From: Nautiliaceae bacterium
GTDB taxonomy: Bacteria > Campylobacterota > Campylobacteria > Campylobacterales > Nautiliaceae
DNA length: 64,000 nt
Reading direction: 5' to 3'
Assembly: GCA_039831155.1 (NCBI GenBank)
Contig: JBDONT010000043.1
Coordinates: 64,001 to 128,000 of the forward strand
Shown here piece by piece: positions 1-9,382 of the stretch. Below the pieces are notes generated by a model that was given only the letters and a program-made list of their open reading frames with translations, was not told where the DNA came from and did no database searches. The translations under genes and the position numbers were made by a program. Positions within the stretch are counted from its first letter, which is position 1, and every line of letters begins with the position of its first letter.

Positions 1-150
1 AAAATAGCCGGTTTTGGAGGTGTTATGAGTAAACCTTCAAGAATCGATGTAAAAACAATAAAAAAAATATATAAAAGTATAAGAAAATCGGATCTTTTAG
101 ATAAAAAAGAATTAAAACCTTGGGAGAAGGAGTTATTGGAGAGATTATGA
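1..150 (+). CDS. 3' end of an unidentified CDS (partial at window edge)
   Basis: Frame 1 is open from base 1 (KIAGFGGVMSKPSRID...KELLERL) to TGA 148-150, which overlaps the thiL ATG (ATGA coupling). Confidence 0.7.
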   Translation, partial: KIAGFGGVMSKPSRIDVKTIKKIYKSIRKSDLLDKKELKPWEKELLERL

Positions 151-959
151 AAGAGGAATTTTTTATAAAGCAGATTAATTCGAAATTTATAGGGGATGAC
201 GGGGCTTTTATAGAGAATAAGGTGTATGCCGGTGATATGTTTTTTGAAGATATTCATTTTAAAAAAGAGTGGTTTAGTCTAAAAGATATAGCGATTAAAG
301 CTTCTTTGGTTAATTTAAGCGATATTGTGGTAATGAATGCAAGACCTAAGTGGGTGCTTTTAAATATAGGATTTCCTAAAAGTTATACTTTAAAAGAGAT
401 TAAAGAGTTAACCGAAGGGTTTAATGAAACTGCTAAAGAGTACGGGTATGAAATAATAGGGGGAGATACAATAAAAAATTCTAAACTTGCCATAGCTATG
501 ACGTTTGTGGGAGAGAGTAGAAAACCTGTTTTTAGAAAAGCCAAACTAAACGAATATGTCGCTTTTACCGGAGACTTAGGAAGTGTGGATAGAGATTTGA
601 AGAGGCTTTTAAGAGGAGGAAAAATAAACAAAAACTCCAAATTTATAAGACCTAAAATAAGAGATAAGTTTTTTTATAAAGCAAGTAGGTATATAACTTC
701 CGCCCTTGATATAAGTGACGGACTTTTTAAAGAGCTTGAGAGGATTTCAAAAACTTCAAGAGTAGGATTTAGATTTTTAAAAAAATTTGATAAAAGGATA
801 GGTTGCAGTGGAGAAGAGTATGAAATTTTATTTACTTTTCCTAAAAAAAACTTAAATAAAATATTAAAGATAGCCAAACAGACAAGAACAAAAGTAAACG
901 TTTTTGCAGTTACCACAAGAGGTAAGTTTAGAAGTGTTTGTAAAGAAAATCACTTTTAA
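147..959 (+). CDS. thiL: Thiamine-monophosphate kinase
   Basis: IGDDGA, NLSDIVVMNA, IIGGDT, DISDGL and SGEEYEILFT motifs; ATG 147 preferred over the track's TTG 120. Confidence 0.93.
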   Translation: MKEEFFIKQINSKFIGDDGAFIENKVYAGDMFFEDIHFKKEWFSLKDIAIKASLVNLSDIVVMNARPKWVLLNIGFPKSYTLKEIKELTEGFNETAKEYGYEIIGGDTIKNSKLAIAMTFVGESRKPVFRKAKLNEYVAFTGDLGSVDRDLKRLLRGGKINKNSKFIRPKIRDKFFYKASRYITSALDISDGLFKELERISKTSRVGFRFLKKFDKRIGCSGEEYEILFTFPKKNLNKILKIAKQTRTKVNVFAVTTRGKFRSVCKENHF

Positions 960-968
960 AGGATTAAA

Positions 969-1628
969 ATGAAAAACGCTATTGGGGATTTGTTTGATTT
1001 TAAGATTTTAAAATATGCCATTTTGCCGTTTGTTTTGGATTTGGTTTTTTGGGGTATTGTGTTTTTTATATTTTCCGATGATATTTTAGGGTTTATTCAT
1101 TCGTATATAGGAATGTTGCCTTTTGGAGAGAGTTTTAATAACTTTTTAACCAACATAGGTGGGGGAATTGTTTTAGCTATAGTTTATTATGAGTTGGTTG
1201 TATTGACGCTTGGAGTTTTTTCCTCTTTTTTTGTGGATAGAATAGTAAAAGAGATTAATCAAAAGCATTATAATTTAAAAGAGAGAAGAGTTTCTTTGAT
1301 AAAAGGGGTTTTGGTAAGTTTAAAATCTCTTTTAGTTTCCGGTATTGTTTTTTTATTTACTTTTTATTTACTTTTTGTGCCTTTTTTAAATATTGTTTAT
1401 CAGATGTTTATTTGGGCTTTGGTGAATAAAAAATCTCTTGTTTTTGACAGTGTAAGCAGTTTTTGCGATTTTGAAGAGATGGAAAAAAGATATAATTTTT
1501 CTATATGGAGTCTGGTTTTTTTAACTTCTGCAGTTTATTTTATACCGATTCTTTCATTTTTCGGTTATACTCTGCAGCTTATTTTAATGACTCATTACGT
1601 TTTGAGTAAATGTAAGGACAGGGGTTAG
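969..1628 (+). CDS. EI24/CysZ-like membrane protein
   Basis: Multi-TM hydrophobic 219 aa protein; SD AAGGA; CysZ/EI24-like pattern (FFVDRIVKEINQKHY, LLFVPFLN). Confidence 0.65.
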   Translation: MKNAIGDLFDFKILKYAILPFVLDLVFWGIVFFIFSDDILGFIHSYIGMLPFGESFNNFLTNIGGGIVLAIVYYELVVLTLGVFSSFFVDRIVKEINQKHYNLKERRVSLIKGVLVSLKSLLVSGIVFLFTFYLLFVPFLNIVYQMFIWALVNKKSLVFDSVSSFCDFEEMEKRYNFSIWSLVFLTSAVYFIPILSFFGYTLQLILMTHYVLSKCKDRG

Positions 1629-1699
1629 TTACGGTTGTTGGGGTTGTTATGGTTTAACTTTTAATAACTATGACTAACCATAACAAGAAAGAGGAAAAT

Positions 1700-1865
1700 T
1701 TAAAAAAAAATGAAAAATTCGTTTTTGGTGTTGGTATTATTACACAATTCCTCTAATCTCATTCCTTTTAAATATTCTTCAAATATTGCAACTCCTGCTC
1801 TTGGTGTTAGATTCTCATTTGTGGATTGTAATTTGAAATTTAGAATAGTTTGTGAATAATTCCAT
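1700..1865 (-). pseudogene. IS1380-family transposase N-terminal remnant
   Basis: AGGAG-ATG at 1865, frameshift, then QTILNFKLQSTNENLTPRAGVAIFEEYLKGMRLEELCN, resembling IS1380-type N-termini; stop at 1700-1702. Confidence 0.6.
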
Positions 1866-1937
1866 CTCCTGACTTTTTTTAAATACCTAATTATAGGATG
1901 ATTTCGTTTTTATTTTGGTATCGAATTATTGGGGTAC

Positions 1938-2094
1938 GGTACTGACTAAATATGCTCAACAAGAGTGCAAATTTTTTAACACTTCGAAAAAGCTAAAAAG
2001 TGCAAACGCAAGCGCCCTTCGGGTTAAGTGCACTTTTTTTAACGCTTTTTCTCCGTTAAAATTTGCAATTGTTTCACTTTATTTAGTCAGTACC
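1938..2094. mobile_element. MITE (157 bp) with IS1/IS1595-like ends
   Basis: Perfect 15-bp TIR GGTACTGACTAAATA (1938-1952 / 2080-2094); flanks TTGGGGTAC / TTAGGGTAC form a 9-bp TSD with 1 mismatch. Confidence 0.85.
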
Positions 2095-2109
2095 TTAGGG
2101 TACATTATC

Positions 2110-2138
2110 TTGACAGGGAGGGGGTAGAGTGCTATAAT
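2110..2138 (+). promoter_or_regulatory. Consensus sigma70 promoter for the MCP gene
   Basis: TTGACA (2110-2115), 17-bp spacer, TATAAT (2133-2138), plus extended TG. Confidence 0.8.
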
Positions 2139-2160
2139 TTTCTTAAAAAAGGCATTAATA

Positions 2161-4065
2161 ATGCTTAAAAATTTAACCATCAAAGCAAAATTTCTACTGA
2201 TTTTGGGTGTTGTTATATTAGGTTTCGTTATATTAGATATGTTGATGTTAAGAGAAGTTTCACTTTATAAAACTTACGCCGATATAGAAAGCCGTATTGA
2301 AAAGCTAAGGGGCGATATGTTAATGCTTAGAAGAAATGAAAAAGATTTTCTTTTAAGAAAAAATTTAAAATATAAAGACAAATTTTTGAAAAACTATAAA
2401 ATAGCCATAGAAAACGCAAAACAATTACAAGAAGAACTAAATAAAGTAGGGTATAAAACAAACGAAGTCAAAAAATATATGGAAATATTATCACAATATA
2501 AAAATAAATTTTTGGAATTAATAAATAAACAAGTTGAAATAGGTCTTAATGAAAAAATGGGGCTTTACGGTTCCGAAAGAGATAGTGTCCATAAAGTTCA
2601 AAAATATGCTAAACAAATGAAAGAATGGGAAATTTTAGCTAGAGTTTACGAATTAAGAAAAAATGAAAAAGATTTTATGTTGCGACGCAATTTAAAATAT
2701 ATAGATGAACATTCCAAACATTATAAAACATTAATAGGTATGTTAAATGACGAGAATATGAAAAATTACTTACAAAAATATAGAAATGATTTATTAAATA
2801 TCGTTAAAGCCGAACAAGAAATAGGTTTAAACGAAAAATTGGGAATACGAGGAGAAATGAGAAGAACCGTTCATCAAACGGAAAAAATATTAGAAACGCT
2901 AATGAAAAAAGTTAAATCTTTCGCAATGGAAAAAGAAAAAAGTTTAACTATTACTACTTTTATATTATCATTAATCTTTTCGGCAATCATTATTGTATTG
3001 CTTTATATAATTTCAAAAGAAATAAACGTATCCCTTTCAGAACTAGAAAGAGGATTGTTTGAATTTTTTGATTTTGTGGACGGAAAAAGAGAAAAGGTTA
3101 ACAATATTGAAATTAAAAACAACGACGAAATAGGTAAAATGGCGAAATTGATAAATAAACATATAAAAGAAAGTATTGCAAAAATGCAAGATGATAAAAA
3201 TAATATTATTCAAATAATAAATATGATAACGGAAATAAAAAACGGCAATTTTCAGATTAGAAGCAATATTAACCCTTTAAATCCGTTATTATTGCAAATA
3301 AGAGACGTATTAAACAGTATGACCGAAACACTTGAAAACAATATAGCAAGAAATCTAAACGATATCAATGTAGTAGTAGAAAAATACTTAAACAGAGATT
3401 TCTCAGCTAAAATCAACAATCCTATAGGTAAACTTTCAAAAGCTATAAATTTATTAGGTGAAGTAGTTGCTGACTTGTTGACAGAAAGTAAAAATATTAG
3501 TGAAGAATTAAACAATAAATCCACAGTTTTGAAAAAAGAAACAGATATATTAAACAACGTCACCGTAAAACAATCTGAAGAGCTAAATAATGTAGCTTCC
3601 AATATGCACGCACTAAACGAAACAATGCTTTCAACTTCATCTCAAGTACAGGAAGTTATAGAACAGGCAAACAATATCAAAAACGTAATTGACGTAATTA
3701 AAGATATTGCAGATCAAACAAATCTTTTAGCCTTAAACGCCGCTATAGAAGCCGCCAGAGCCGGTGAACATGGAAGAGGATTTGCGGTAGTTGCCGATGA
3801 AGTAAAAAATTTAGCCGAAAAAACACAAAAAAGTCTCGGTGAAATTAATGCTACCATTAATATATTAACCCAATCCATTGATACGGTAGGAGAGGTTATA
3901 CAAACACAGACAACCGATGTAAATAATAATGCACAAGAAATTGAAAATATTAATCAAAAATTTGCCGACAATACAAAAATTGTCGAAAACATCAATAAAG
4001 TCGCATTTGAAATAGATAAAATGAGTTCTTCCATACTTCAAACGGTAAATAAAAATAAATTTTAA
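2161..4065 (+). CDS. Methyl-accepting chemotaxis protein (2 TM, periplasmic sensor, HAMP, short signalling domain)
   Basis: [30 protein letters not shown] signature; two TM helices; NDEIGKM HAMP motif. Confidence 0.96.
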   Translation: MLKNLTIKAKFLLILGVVILGFVILDMLMLREVSLYKTYADIESRIEKLRGDMLMLRRNEKDFLLRKNLKYKDKFLKNYKIAIENAKQLQEELNKVGYKTNEVKKYMEILSQYKNKFLELINKQVEIGLNEKMGLYGSERDSVHKVQKYAKQMKEWEILARVYELRKNEKDFMLRRNLKYIDEHSKHYKTLIGMLNDENMKNYLQKYRNDLLNIVKAEQEIGLNEKLGIRGEMRRTVHQTEKILETLMKKVKSFAMEKEKSLTITTFILSLIFSAIIIVLLYIISKEINVSLSELERGLFEFFDFVDGKREKVNNIEIKNNDEIGKMAKLINKHIKESIAKMQDDKNNIIQIINMITEIKNGNFQIRSNINPLNPLLLQIRDVLNSMTETLENNIARNLNDINVVVEKYLNRDFSAKINNPIGKLSKAINLLGEVVADLLTESKNISEELNNKSTVLKKETDILNNVTVKQSEELNNVASNMHALNETMLSTSSQVQEVIEQANNIKNVIDVIKDIADQTNLLALNAAIEAARAGEHGRGFAVVADEVKNLAEKTQKSLGEINATINILTQSIDTVGEVIQTQTTDVNNNAQEIENINQKFADNTKIVENINKVAFEIDKMSSSILQTVNKNKF

Positions 4066-4117
4066 CAATAAATTTCACATTCTTTCACCTTTTCTCTCTT
4101 ATTTTTACATGTTTTTA

Positions 4118-4139
4118 TACCGACTAAAGTCGGCGTTAC
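4118..4139 (-). repeat. REP-like palindrome
   Basis: Minus strand GTAA-CG-CCGACT-TT-AGTCGG-TA: GTAA foot plus palindrome; only one copy seen in the window. Confidence 0.4.
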
Positions 4140-4182
4140 ATTCGGAAAACGGACAACTGAAAAGGGAAATTCTTATTGATTC

Positions 4183-4278
4183 TCAATAAGTCTTAATTTT
4201 ATTATACAAACTGTCCCTTTTCATCGGTATAAAACCGCTGTCTTTTATCAGATGTATCAGTTCTTGCAATTCGATTCC
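4183..4278 (-). pseudogene. Orphan C-terminal fragment of MqnE (aminofutalosine synthase)-like gene
   Basis: Minus strand reads GIELQELIHLIKDSGFIPMKRDSLYNKIKTY-stop, matching the MqnE/CofH-family tail GFxPVERDSLYN. Confidence 0.65.
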
Positions 4279-4431
4279 TTTATACCAATCACCTAAAACA
4301 TTCTTACATATGGAACAGAGATTGGTTGTAATAAATATAAGAAGGTTAGAAGTAAGAAATTATCATACAATAGAGGAATTAATACCAATCTCCAAAATTA
4401 ATCAAACATTTATTTTGTGAAAAAAGAAAAT

Positions 4432-4562
4432 GGTACTGACTAAATAAAGTGAAACAATTGCAAATTTTAACGCAAAATTTTTGTTAAAATCCGCAACCTT
4501 GTCTTTTTTTACTTTTTCGTTATTTAAATTTTATCAGCGTGAAAAAGCCTTGAGTCAGTGCC
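4432..4562. mobile_element. MITE (131 bp), sibling of 1938-2094
   Basis: 4432-4472 is the exact reverse complement of 2054-2094 (41 bp); the other end reads GGCACTGACT; flanks AAGAAAAT / AAGAAAAG (8 bp, 1 mismatch). Confidence 0.8.
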
Positions 4563-4624
4563 AAGAAAAGGTAAATGTAAGAATTATTTTTGCTATAATG
4601 TCAAATCAATTATGAAAGGTTAAT

Positions 4625-5701
4625 ATGATATACTCTCACGCTACTATTAACTTTCACTTTAATAAAAACTCCGAAAACTTTTTCGTTGAAGAAATACCCC
4701 TTTATTCTTTTGACCACACAGGTGAGTGGCTTATGCTTAAAGTCAGAAAAAAAGACGCTACAACCAACGATATTGTAAAAACATTTTCAAGATTGGGAAT
4801 AAACAAAAGAGATATAGGATATGCCGGGCTTAAAGATAAAGACGGATTAACCGTTCAGTGGATAAGCGTGCCGAGGAAATTCAGGGACAGAATAAATAAA
4901 TTCGAACATCCGAAAATTAAAATTGTTGAGCAGGATTTGCACAGAAACAAACTGAAAATCGGACATTTAAAAGGCAACAGGTTTTTTGTAAGGCTTAAAA
5001 AAGTTCTTCCGGTGGACGCTAAGAAAATAGAAAGGGTGCTTATAGATATTAAAAAATACGGTATTCCCAACTTTTTCGGATATCAGAGATTTGGTAAATA
5101 CGGAGACAATTTCGAACAGGCAAAAGAGTTTATTTTTGGAGATAAGCATATCAAAGATAAAAGACTTCAAAAGCTTTTAATAAGTGCTTATCAGTCCAAA
5201 CTGTTTAATGACTGGCTTATGGAGAGAATCAAGCTTAGTAATATTTTCGATATGAAAGATAATGAACTTAAATTTTTGGGATATTCAAAAGAGCTTATTA
5301 AATTCGTAAAATCTCAAAAACACCCTTTTAAGTTACTTCAGGGAGATGTAATGTGTCATTATCCTTTCGGGAAGAATTTTTATTTGGAAGATGTAAGCGA
5401 TAGTGAGAGATTTTATAAAAAAGAGATAATTCCAACCGGTCTTTTACCCGGAAAAAAAGTTTTAAGGGCTAAAGATTTTGCAAGGGAGATAGAAGAGAAA
5501 TACGATGAACTCCTTCCGGCTGACGGTGACAGAAGAAGTGCTTGGATTTTTCCGGAAATTATTGATAAAAGATATATTAAAGATAAAGCCTGGTATGAGA
5601 TTAAATTTTTCTTACCAAAAGGTAGTTATGCGACTGTTTTAATTGAGATCTTAAAAAACGGAGTAAGCGATAATTTGATAACTTACAAAGGCGATAAATG
5701 A
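4625..5701 (+). CDS. truD: tRNA pseudouridine(13) synthase
   Basis: GYAGLKDK, GHLKGNRF, PNFFGYQRFG, FFLPKGSYAT; TGcTATAAT at 4591-4599. Confidence 0.97.
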   Translation: MIYSHATINFHFNKNSENFFVEEIPLYSFDHTGEWLMLKVRKKDATTNDIVKTFSRLGINKRDIGYAGLKDKDGLTVQWISVPRKFRDRINKFEHPKIKIVEQDLHRNKLKIGHLKGNRFFVRLKKVLPVDAKKIERVLIDIKKYGIPNFFGYQRFGKYGDNFEQAKEFIFGDKHIKDKRLQKLLISAYQSKLFNDWLMERIKLSNIFDMKDNELKFLGYSKELIKFVKSQKHPFKLLQGDVMCHYPFGKNFYLEDVSDSERFYKKEIIPTGLLPGKKVLRAKDFAREIEEKYDELLPADGDRRSAWIFPEIIDKRYIKDKAWYEIKFFLPKGSYATVLIEILKNGVSDNLITYKGDK

Positions 5702-6594
5702 GTCTTCCTCAAATAGCTACCCTTGTAGCTACTTTAGTCGCTTTTATTTTAGCCGTTATAAAAATTGTTGTGGGAGTAATGAGTGGGAGTGTAGCTGTAA
5801 TTGCGAGTGCTTTGGACTCTGTTTTGGATATGGTTATTTCTATTTTTAATAATATTGCCGTTAAGGTTAGCGAATCAAAACCCAGTGATAAGTTTAATTA
5901 CGGAAAAGGTAAAATAGAAGCATTGGCTGCTTTATTTGAGGGTGTTATTATTACTCTTAGCGGGGTTTATATTATTTATGAAGCTATCAATAAAATTATT
6001 CACCACAATAAAATAGTTGAAATCAATTACTCTATTTATGTTATGCTTTTTTCCGTTTTTATGACTCTTGGGCTTGTGTTGTTTTTGAGTTTTGTTTATA
6101 AAAAAACTAATCACTTGATAATAAAATCCGATTTACTACACTATAAAACCGATTTTTTGACAAACGGGGCGGTTTTGGTATCTTTGATTATAGTGAAGCT
6201 TAGCGGGTTTTATTATGTTGATTTTGTACTTTCTATTGTTATAGGGCTTTATATTATAAAAGAGGCAAGTGAAATTATAAAAGAAGGATTTGAAATTCTT
6301 CTTGATGTTTCTTTGGATTTTCAAACGGTTCAAAAAATTAAAGAGATAATAAAAAAAGAGCCTCTTGTTATTGATTTTCATTGCTTAAGAACAAGAAAAG
6401 CCGGCGATAGAAACTTTGTAGATGTTCATTTGGTTTTGACTCCGGATATGAAACTAAAACTTGCCCATACGATAGTGGAAAGAGTTGAAGAAAAGATTAG
6501 AAAAATAGATCCGGATAAAAAGTGGATAATCAATATCCATGCTGATCCGTATGATGATTCTCATATTAATAAAATGCAAGAGGAGTGTGAGTGA
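5698..6594 (+). CDS. Cation diffusion facilitator (FieF-like) metal transporter
   Basis: ASALDSVLD, FNYGKGKIE, DLLHYKTD, FVDVHL, IHADP motifs. Confidence 0.92.
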   Translation: MSLPQIATLVATLVAFILAVIKIVVGVMSGSVAVIASALDSVLDMVISIFNNIAVKVSESKPSDKFNYGKGKIEALAALFEGVIITLSGVYIIYEAINKIIHHNKIVEINYSIYVMLFSVFMTLGLVLFLSFVYKKTNHLIIKSDLLHYKTDFLTNGAVLVSLIIVKLSGFYYVDFVLSIVIGLYIIKEASEIIKEGFEILLDVSLDFQTVQKIKEIIKKEPLVIDFHCLRTRKAGDRNFVDVHLVLTPDMKLKLAHTIVERVEEKIRKIDPDKKWIINIHADPYDDSHINKMQEECE

Positions 6595-7439
6595 TGACTA
6601 TTAAAAGTATAGTGTCAACGCATCATCACGATGCGTTGGTTAGAGAAATTGACGAAATAGGTGAAGAGAAAATTATAGATATTTCTAGATATTTTACTAA
6701 GAATCAGATTGATATTTTAGTGGTTACTGAAAATAAAAAGCCGATTTATGTATTAACAAGCAGTGATATTATAGATGCTTTAGTAGAACATATGGAAGTT
6801 ATGGATATTTACTCTTATATTGACAATAAACCTAAAAAAGTTGTAGCAGTTAAAGAGAATGAATCAGTATTTGAAGCTTACAGGCTTATGAGAAATAGAC
6901 ACATTCATCATTTGGTGGTTGTTGATGAAAAGGAGGGGTATTATAAGAGTGTAATTAACTTTTTAGATTTTGCTTCTTTTTTGACCGAAATTGCTTTAAA
7001 AGATGAAATGACCGGTCTTTATAATAAAAGATTTTTTGAGTTTTTAATAGACAGATACAGTAATGAAAATATTGAAATCGGAATTATATTTTTGGATTTA
7101 AACGATTTTAAAATTATAAACGACAAATATGGACATATTTTTGGAGATGAGGTTATTAAAACGGCAGCTTCTATTATTCGTCAGTCAATTAGAAATATCG
7201 ATTATGCTTTTAGATTCGGAGGAGATGAGTTTGTGATTATGATTTTTGCAAGTTATGAGGTTTTGAAAAAAGTTGCAAAAAGAATAGAAGATAAAATAAA
7301 TTCTGCGAAAGTAGGGGATATAACTATTTCTTGTAGTTTAGGGTATGCTCATTATAAAACAGATTCAAGCGATTTAAAAGAGGTTATAAAAATTGCAGAT
7401 GAGAATATGTATAAAAGAAAAAAGGAGATTAAGAGTTAA
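6591..7439 (+). CDS. CBS-domain diguanylate cyclase
   Basis: N-terminal CBS pair; [20 protein letters not shown], RxxD I-site (RNID), FRFGGDEF. Confidence 0.92.
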   Translation: MMTIKSIVSTHHHDALVREIDEIGEEKIIDISRYFTKNQIDILVVTENKKPIYVLTSSDIIDALVEHMEVMDIYSYIDNKPKKVVAVKENESVFEAYRLMRNRHIHHLVVVDEKEGYYKSVINFLDFASFLTEIALKDEMTGLYNKRFFEFLIDRYSNENIEIGIIFLDLNDFKIINDKYGHIFGDEVIKTAASIIRQSIRNIDYAFRFGGDEFVIMIFASYEVLKKVAKRIEDKINSAKVGDITISCSLGYAHYKTDSSDLKEVIKIADENMYKRKKEIKS

Positions 7440-9270
7440 GGGCTTTAACTGCCTCTAACATCTTAATTCCGGCTTCGTTTACACTGTTTCTACCTAGATA
7501 TTTAGCCTCTCTAGCTGCTATGTAGGCTTTGTCGAATGTTTCTTTTGTAAGTCCGGATTTTTTAATCGCTTCTTTAATGTTTTGAGGTAGAATTCTGATT
7601 TTTTGTTCTTTTACATACATACTACCAGTATCTGCGATTGCTTTTACAACTCTGTAAATTGTCGGGTTAATAGGTGCCCCGAATCCTTCCGGAACTCCAC
7701 TCATAGCGTCGTCCATTAAAGTACCGAACTCTGTTTCTATAATGTGACCGTCAGGTAAGATTTCTATAAATCCTTTTGCTTCTAGTTTGTCTAAAGCTTC
7801 AACGATTTTTCTTTTTTCGTCTTCATCTTTTCCTTCAAGCAGTTCTTCACAAGCTATTCCGTTGCTAGGGATTACTTTAAAGATATCCATTTCGTATTTT
7901 GTCATAAACGGCATTTTTTCTTGAGTTGCAAGGTATTCATATAATAATCCGGAGCGACTTGGTTCATATGTTCCTAAAATTCTTTCGTTTCTAGCTTCTA
8001 ATACCCACTCTTTGTTTGGAGCACTGAAGATTTTGTTTGAAATAGCCAGTGTTTTTACCGACCAGCTGTGAATGCTTCTTTCGTCATTGTTTTGGTCGTT
8101 GATTACTTTTTCTCCGTTTTTAGTTACGAAGTAAACCGCTTTACCTTTTTCGTCGATACCTTCGGTAATTAAACCGAACGCTTCAAGGCTGTATAGGTAT
8201 TCTCTTAAATCGAAGTTGTCTTCAAACCATTTTTTCTTATCTGCCAAATCTTGGAATTTTTTAGCGATTTCCTGTTTAAGCTTTGGCATTTCGTTTAGTT
8301 TTCTACCGTATTTTTCGATTAGTTTTTTGTATTCTTTTACTTTTCTTTCAATTAATTCAGCTTTAATTTCATCAAATGTAGGTGTTTCTTCCGGATTATT
8401 CGGAACTTTTTCTTCCCAGATTTTTTTAATAGTTTTTAGAGTTTCGATTTCTTCAATTTCAATAGCGAATGTTTTTAACGGTTTTTCTACGTTTTCTTTT
8501 ACGATTCTGTAAACTTCTAGAGCTTTTTCACCGGCTTTTGTTAGATTATCTACATCAGTAATGTATCCTAATTCTTCAAGTTGAATAGCACCTTCTAGAG
8601 GAATTTCTTCTCCGTCCGCTATTTTTGCTATATCTTCAAGAATTGATAAATCAAGTACACTACCTTCACTTGCCCAACCACCGTAAGTTAGAGTTTCTTT
8701 TACAGCTTGTCCAAGTTCTGTGAATGTGTAGTATTCTCCGTTTGGTACAGAGTAAGCGATTAATCTCATAGCTTCAAGTAGGTCTTTTTTATTACCTTCT
8801 ACCGGTAGATAGTGTGCGTCTGTCGGTCCTTGAGGAGATTTTCTTATATATTCTGCAAGTTCAGCGTCAATTACAAGTTCCGGAGTTGTAATTTTATAAG
8901 CGTCATATAAATCGATTGCTTCTTGAGTAAGTTCTCCGTTTGCTGCTAATCCTCTTTTTTCAAGTTCTTCGTTTGTTACTTTTGTAGTTTTGTTTTTGTT
9001 TTTAGCAGCGGCGTCAATCATAGCAATAACTTCACTGCTTACTATTTTTTTTACCTTTGAATCGATTTTGTCTTTAATTCTATTTAGTACGTCAGCTACG
9101 ATTCCACCTGCGTATGTTAGTTCGATTGTTGCCGGTGTAGGGAATTTTACAAGCCCGCTTAGGTTTAATTCTTCAACTATTTCATTGTTTAGAGCGTCTA
9201 CACTTAGAGTTTTCTCTTTTGAGTTTAATAAGTCAAGCATAATGTTTAATGCTTCGTGTTTTATAATCAT
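7429..9270 (-). CDS. DUF505-family protein (tandem winged-helix-like repeats)
   Basis: 613 aa; N-terminus MIIKHEAL; repeated L/V-T-x-x-G motifs; SD AGGAG. Confidence 0.75.
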   Translation of the reverse strand: MIIKHEALNIMLDLLNSKEKTLSVDALNNEIVEELNLSGLVKFPTPATIELTYAGGIVADVLNRIKDKIDSKVKKIVSSEVIAMIDAAAKNKNKTTKVTNEELEKRGLAANGELTQEAIDLYDAYKITTPELVIDAELAEYIRKSPQGPTDAHYLPVEGNKKDLLEAMRLIAYSVPNGEYYTFTELGQAVKETLTYGGWASEGSVLDLSILEDIAKIADGEEIPLEGAIQLEELGYITDVDNLTKAGEKALEVYRIVKENVEKPLKTFAIEIEEIETLKTIKKIWEEKVPNNPEETPTFDEIKAELIERKVKEYKKLIEKYGRKLNEMPKLKQEIAKKFQDLADKKKWFEDNFDLREYLYSLEAFGLITEGIDEKGKAVYFVTKNGEKVINDQNNDERSIHSWSVKTLAISNKIFSAPNKEWVLEARNERILGTYEPSRSGLLYEYLATQEKMPFMTKYEMDIFKVIPSNGIACEELLEGKDEDEKRKIVEALDKLEAKGFIEILPDGHIIETEFGTLMDDAMSGVPEGFGAPINPTIYRVVKAIADTGSMYVKEQKIRILPQNIKEAIKKSGLTKETFDKAYIAAREAKYLGRNSVNEAGIKMLEAVKALNS

Positions 9271-9301
9271 TTCTTAGTCTCCTTTCATAAAGATTTGTAA
9301 A

Positions 9302-9330
9302 ATTATACAAATATAATTAGATTAAGTCAA
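9302..9330 (-). promoter_or_regulatory. sigma70 promoter of the DUF505 gene
   Basis: Minus strand TTGACT (9330-9325), 17 bp, TATAAT (9307-9302). Confidence 0.7.
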
Positions 9331-9361
9331 GAAGACTAAAGCTAATTACGCTTATAAAGAT

Positions 9362-9382
9362 AAAGAGGAGTTATTCCTCTTT
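9362..9382 (-). terminator. Hairpin overlapping the tatC stop
   Basis: AAAGAGGA / TCCTCTTT 8-bp stem with the stop codon in the loop. Confidence 0.5.

Noticed and set aside
120..146. TTG-start extension of thiL
   Set aside because: Overlaps the upstream CDS; ATG 147 is coupled to the upstream TGA
1915..2127. 70-aa ORF
   Set aside because: Runs through the MITE and promoter; no SD or protein-like features
4111..4240. CRISPR repeat or tracrRNA resemblance (GTTTTATAC..., AAAAGGGA, TAAAACCGCT)
   Set aside because: No repeat-spacer array or cas genes; the right half is explained as mqnE coding remnant
1929..4570. Single composite transposon carrying the MCP
   Set aside because: Outer flanks (TTGGGGTAC vs AAGAAAAG) do not match, and each MITE has its own near-TSD, indicating independent insertions
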